DNA of 63,458 bases, the filler included, from an uncultured Methanosarcinales archaeon (GTDB taxonomy: Archaea > Nanobdellota > Nanobdellia > Woesearchaeales > CAYXTQ01): the NCBI GenBank assembly GCA_964608065.1. It is 6 parts of 6 records of this genome, joined end to end, with 100 filler letters (N's around TTAATTAATTAA, not from the genome) between each part and the next. Parts side by side here need not be neighbours in the genome. Positions count along the whole stretch, not along the records: positions 56,577 to 63,458 come from CAZSMA010000076.1; 5 more parts are not named here. One strand, written 5' to 3'. Positions 59,526-63,458 of this stretch are shown here, piece after piece (position 1 is the first letter of the stretch; each line of letters opens with the position of its first letter). Below the pieces are notes generated by a model. That model was not told the origin of the DNA, searched no databases, and saw only the letters and a program-made list of their open reading frames with translations. Made by a program: the position numbers and the translations under genes.

Positions 59526-60497
59526 ATGAAGATTTTTATAACTGGCGGCGCAGGTTATATTGGCAGTCACATAGTTTGGTTATTAAAAGATAAACATGAA
59601 TTAGTTGTTTTTGACAGTTTAGTTAAAGGTCATAAAAAAAGTTTACCTCAAGATGTTAATTTTATTCGAGGTTGTTTATCTGATAAAAAACTTTTAGATG
59701 AAATTTTTTCTAAAAATAATTTTGATGCAGTTATTCATTTGGCGGGGTTTATTGAAGCAGGTGAATCTATGATTAAGCCAGAAAAATATTTTGAAAATAA
59801 CATAGTTAACGGCTTAAATTTGTTAAGTATAATGAAAAAACATAATGTTAAAAAAATAGTTTACGCTTCAACTGCAGCAGTTTATGGAGAACCAAAATCT
59901 ATACCTATTACTGAAGATGCTGAAAAAAATCCAACTAATTATTATGGCTTAAGTAAATTAATAGTAGAACAAATGCTTGATACTTTCAAAGTTTATGGAA
60001 TGAAAAGTATTTGTTTAAGATTCTTTAATGCTTCAGGTGCAGGATTTGAAATAGGTGAACATCATAATCCTGAAACTCATTTGATTCCTATTGTTTTACA
60101 AGTTGCTTTATCTCAAAGAGATTCAATAAAAATTTTTGGTACTGATTATGATACAAAAGATGGTTCTTGTATTAGGGATTATATCCATGTATTAGATATA
60201 GCTAAAGCACATGAACTTGCATTAGAAGCTTTAGAACAAGGCAAAGAAGGTAAATTTAATTTAGGAACTAATAAAGGATATTCTGTTAAAGAAGTTATAG
60301 AAGTTGCAAGAAAAATTACTAATCATGAAATTCCAGCGATTGAAGAAGCTAGAAGACTCGGTGACCCAGCTGTATTAGTTGCATCATTTGATAAAGCAAA
60401 AAATATATTAGGTTGGCAACCAAGTTATAGTTTGAAAGAAATAGTTCAAAGTGCTTGGGAATGGCATAGTAAAAATCCAAGAGGATATAATGGATAA
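59526..60497 (+). CDS. galE: UDP-glucose 4-epimerase
   Basis: TGGAGYIGSH, AVYGEP, YGLSK, PETHLIP, DGSCIRDYIHV, RRLGDP. Confidence 0.95.
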   Translation: MKIFITGGAGYIGSHIVWLLKDKHELVVFDSLVKGHKKSLPQDVNFIRGCLSDKKLLDEIFSKNNFDAVIHLAGFIEAGESMIKPEKYFENNIVNGLNLLSIMKKHNVKKIVYASTAAVYGEPKSIPITEDAEKNPTNYYGLSKLIVEQMLDTFKVYGMKSICLRFFNASGAGFEIGEHHNPETHLIPIVLQVALSQRDSIKIFGTDYDTKDGSCIRDYIHVLDIAKAHELALEALEQGKEGKFNLGTNKGYSVKEVIEVARKITNHEIPAIEEARRLGDPAVLVASFDKAKNILGWQPSYSLKEIVQSAWEWHSKNPRGYNG

Positions 60498-61458
60498 AAA
60501 AGAAGGAAGTAACTTTAAAAAAGTATTTCATAAAATAAAACCCATTTTATCTTTAATAATCATAATTTCTATTTTTACTTTTTTTGGATTTAGATTATAT
60601 TCTTCATGGCATCAAATAAAAACCTATGAATTTAATTATTTTTATGCTATCCTTTCTATTATTGGAACACTTATATCTACTTTATATTTAGGCATTATTT
60701 ATTATGCAGTCTTAAACTCTTTAAAACAGAAAGTACCTATGATAAAAGTTGTAAAAGCTCACAACTTGAGTGACTTTGCTAGTTATGTTCCTGGAAAAGT
60801 TTGGAACTTAATGGTAAGAATAAAAATTCTCCATAAATATATCGATAAAAGCACAATAATTACAAGCAGCATTTTAGAAATGTTTCTTATGTTACTTCTA
60901 TCAGCAATTGTTTTATTTTTAGGATTAATGTCTAATCTAACTTTATTAAAATCTTATATATGGTTTTTACTCCCCTGTATTGCAGGATTATTAATCATAA
61001 TTCATCCTAAAATTATGAACCTGCTTTTAAAAATTATTTCTTCTATTATTCGAAAAGAAATTCCTAAAATTAAATTAGGGTTTAAGGATCTTTTAAAATT
61101 AAGTTTTATCACTTCTTTATATTGGCTGATTAATGGGATTTCTTTATTCTTCTCTTTAAAAACAATATATCCTTTAACTCCTTGGTCTTTAATCCCTAAA
61201 ACAATAGCTGCAAATGCAGGAGCTTGGAGTTTTGGATTTCTTAGTACATTAACTCCTTCAGGAATAGGAATAAGAGAAGGCATTACAAGTTACATTTTAA
61301 GTTCAAGTGTACCAAATTACATTGCAATTGCTTCCACCATTATTTTTAGGGTATTTTCCATGTTAACTCTTTTTATAGTTGTTATGATTATAGCATTAAA
61401 TGCTTATAGAAAGCATCGATTTAAAAATTTAAAAAGAATTTTAATTGGAAATCAATAA
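60490..61458 (+). CDS. Lysylphosphatidylglycerol-synthase TM / putative flippase
   Basis: YVPGKVW, TPSGIGIREG; multi-TM. Confidence 0.82.
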   Translation: MDKKEGSNFKKVFHKIKPILSLIIIISIFTFFGFRLYSSWHQIKTYEFNYFYAILSIIGTLISTLYLGIIYYAVLNSLKQKVPMIKVVKAHNLSDFASYVPGKVWNLMVRIKILHKYIDKSTIITSSILEMFLMLLLSAIVLFLGLMSNLTLLKSYIWFLLPCIAGLLIIIHPKIMNLLLKIISSIIRKEIPKIKLGFKDLLKLSFITSLYWLINGISLFFSLKTIYPLTPWSLIPKTIAANAGAWSFGFLSTLTPSGIGIREGITSYILSSSVPNYIAIASTIIFRVFSMLTLFIVVMIIALNAYRKHRFKNLKRILIGNQ

Positions 61459-61459
61459 T

Positions 61460-61960
61460 TTATTCTATTTTCCAAATCCCAATATAATATCTTTTAAAGA
61501 AAAATTTTGCTTCAAAGTTAGGTTTTCCTAAATGAATCTTTAATAATTTAGGTGTAATAGCCCATAAATGTAATTTATCCCAAAAAAGAAATCTAAATAA
61601 TGTAAAGAAAGGTTCATAAGGTAATGTAATAATCAATTGTTTTGTAGCAACCCTTTTAAGTTCAGAAATAGCTTGTACAGGATTAGAAACATGTTCTAAC
61701 ACTTCTTGACATAATACAATATCAAAAGATTTATCTTTAAAACTCAAATTCAGGACATCTTCTTTCTTGATTAATTTATTTTTTGGTTCAATATCAGCTA
61801 AAGTTATTTGATATTTTTTATTAATCTGATGATAAAGAAATAAATCTTGACAACCAATATCTAATAAAGTTTTACTTTTTGAATCAAGTAATCTTTTTAC
61901 ATACCTCATCCTATATTTTTTAATTAAATTAAATACTTTTTTTTGAATTAGTTTAATCAT
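61460..61960 (-). CDS. Type 11 SAM methyltransferase
   Basis: LLDIGC, LSFKDKSFDIVLCQEVLEHV, ELKRV. Confidence 0.88.
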   Translation of the reverse strand: MIKLIQKKVFNLIKKYRMRYVKRLLDSKSKTLLDIGCQDLFLYHQINKKYQITLADIEPKNKLIKKEDVLNLSFKDKSFDIVLCQEVLEHVSNPVQAISELKRVATKQLIITLPYEPFFTLFRFLFWDKLHLWAITPKLLKIHLGKPNFEAKFFFKRYYIGIWKIE

Positions 61961-62019
61961 TATTTGAAAATAGATTCCCTAAATATATAAAGATAATTGT
62001 TTTTATATCCTATAAATAT

Positions 62020-63456
62020 TTAATATCTTACTTCATAAATAATCATTACAGGCATAGTTTTTCCTGGATCTAAAAAATAAACTTGAACAGGAATAAATTT
62101 CTCCCGATACATTGAAGGATAATCTAAAGTACATGCTGGATCAAAAGCATCCATTACAAAATATTTAGGCTTATATTTTTCAACTAAGTCATCTGCTGTG
62201 GTTACATTATGCCCAAAGCTTTTAAATTCTCTTTCTGAATAATAAACTAAATTTACTGATAAGCCACAACCAACAATTACATCTCCAACTTTTGTATGTT
62301 CTTTCAGCCAAGTTCCACCCAAATTATGTTGAAAAAAAGAATCTTTTTTTGCATTTATTAAGTTATTTGCAAAACTTAATTGCATTTGTACCCCTAATAC
62401 TAATAAAATAACTACTGTAACAATTGCTAATTGTTTATTATATTTACTAATTAAATTATATAATTTCATAAAGCCGATTCCGGCTATAACAAATAAAGCA
62501 GGCATAGCTGGAAATATCAATCTAGGTTCAAACATAAAACCAGTAGTTCCTACTACTAAACCCATAGGGATCATTAGTGATAAAGCCCAAAGTATCATGT
62601 ACAAATCTTTTTTGAGATTACCGCCTTTACCTTTAAGTATAAGATCAAAACCTAAGATAAGATTACCTAAGAGCGTTAATCCTATTAATAAAGCAATGAA
62701 AAAAGGCCATTTCATTAAATAAGGCATTTGAGTAAAATAACTAAAAACTTCAGAAATTACTTCTCCCTTAGGTCTTTGCCAATCTAAAGTCGATTCTTCA
62801 TTAGGAGTAAAATCCGATATTACAAACCTTCCGAATCTAGGATAAATCTCATATAACAAATTTGAAGATTCACCAAAATAATTATTAAATTCTATATAAT
62901 GATATGTTGCTAAAGGAATAATAGCAATAATTGCTGCCAAGATAACATACCAAATTCTCTTATCTTTTAAGAAATTTAATTTTGTTGTTAAAAGCATAAA
63001 AACAAAAATAAATAACGCAAAAAATCCTAATGAATCGTAAGCATATATCCCTAATCCATACAATGCACCTACAATAAATAAATATTTTTTATTATTCTGA
63101 TGGTATCCTTTCCAAAATAGAATACCCATAAGAGCCCAAATAGTTAATCCATAAACCCCTAAAGAAATTCTTGCTGACCAAAAAAGATGTTCAAAATAAA
63201 CTGCAAGCATAATTGCTGCAAGCAAACCTACTTTCTTATTATAAAGAGTTTTGCCTAAAACATAAGTTAAATAAATGCCTGTTCCTGAAACTAAAACTTC
63301 TATAAATCTTATGAAAGTCTCATTTGCCCCAAACCAATAAAATACACCCCAAATCATTGGTAAAAATCTTGCACGCCAAGGAGCTGCTTGTTCATGGAAT
63401 CCAAAAGCAAAATGTTTTGCTAAAGATAAATAATCTGCTTCATCCCACCATACTGC
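62020..63456 (-). CDS. GT-C fold glycosyltransferase (GT39/ArnT-like), 5' end beyond window
   Basis: Frame open to the window edge with AVWWDEADY; multi-TM; EPRLIFP. Confidence 0.85.
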   Translation of the reverse strand, partial: AVWWDEADYLSLAKHFAFGFHEQAAPWRARFLPMIWGVFYWFGANETFIRFIEVLVSGTGIYLTYVLGKTLYNKKVGLLAAIMLAVYFEHLFWSARISLGVYGLTIWALMGILFWKGYHQNNKKYLFIVGALYGLGIYAYDSLGFFALFIFVFMLLTTKLNFLKDKRIWYVILAAIIAIIPLATYHYIEFNNYFGESSNLLYEIYPRFGRFVISDFTPNEESTLDWQRPKGEVISEVFSYFTQMPYLMKWPFFIALLIGLTLLGNLILGFDLILKGKGGNLKKDLYMILWALSLMIPMGLVVGTTGFMFEPRLIFPAMPALFVIAGIGFMKLYNLISKYNKQLAIVTVVILLVLGVQMQLSFANNLINAKKDSFFQHNLGGTWLKEHTKVGDVIVGCGLSVNLVYYSEREFKSFGHNVTTADDLVEKYKPKYFVMDAFDPACTLDYPSMYREKFIPVQVYFLDPGKTMPVMIIYEVRY

Positions 63457-63458
63457 TG

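Overview
AT-rich archaeal metagenome-assembled DNA, most likely DPANN/Woesearchaeota. This is inferred from TFS, Bud32, SRP54, TYW1, CarS, PurP, PGF-pre-PGF, BRE/TATA promoters and GGAGGTGA-type Shine-Dalgarno sites. The window is six unrelated contigs joined by artificial 100-nt N/TTAATTAATTAA/N spacers, so synteny across spacers means nothing. Contig 1 carries a late purine-biosynthesis cluster (purE, purC, wHTH-purB, two purP, purA) with carS and a PPi-type pfk. Contig 2 has housekeeping genes (signal peptidase I, TFS, TYW1, topA, ChlI-like AAA + VWA). Contig 3 has an AbrB-led BatA/VWA/MoxR operon, bud32, nagB and hisS. Contig 4 has a TA pair, SRP54, fumAB/mdh, dtxR-feoAB with an operator, and iscU/ttuA with a LAGLIDADG gene. 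Contig 5 is a surface-protein locus (tandem RHH regulators, an Ig/Cys-rich/alpha-beta-hydrolase protein, a cadherin-like giant). Contig 6 has galE and glycosylation genes. The most striking unannotated signal is a dispersed family of short triloop hairpins (core GGAAATC-NNN-GATTTCC), REP/BIME-like in organisation. They cluster in front of genes, carry their own SD and mini-ORFs, and one copy sits in frame inside the Bud32 kinase with a duplicated FFID target. Other highlights are two genes apparently starting at ATT, a wHTH-PurB fusion, and a family of surface proteins sharing a TM + ITG + beta-strand N-terminus. No rRNA, tRNA or CRISPR array was recognised.
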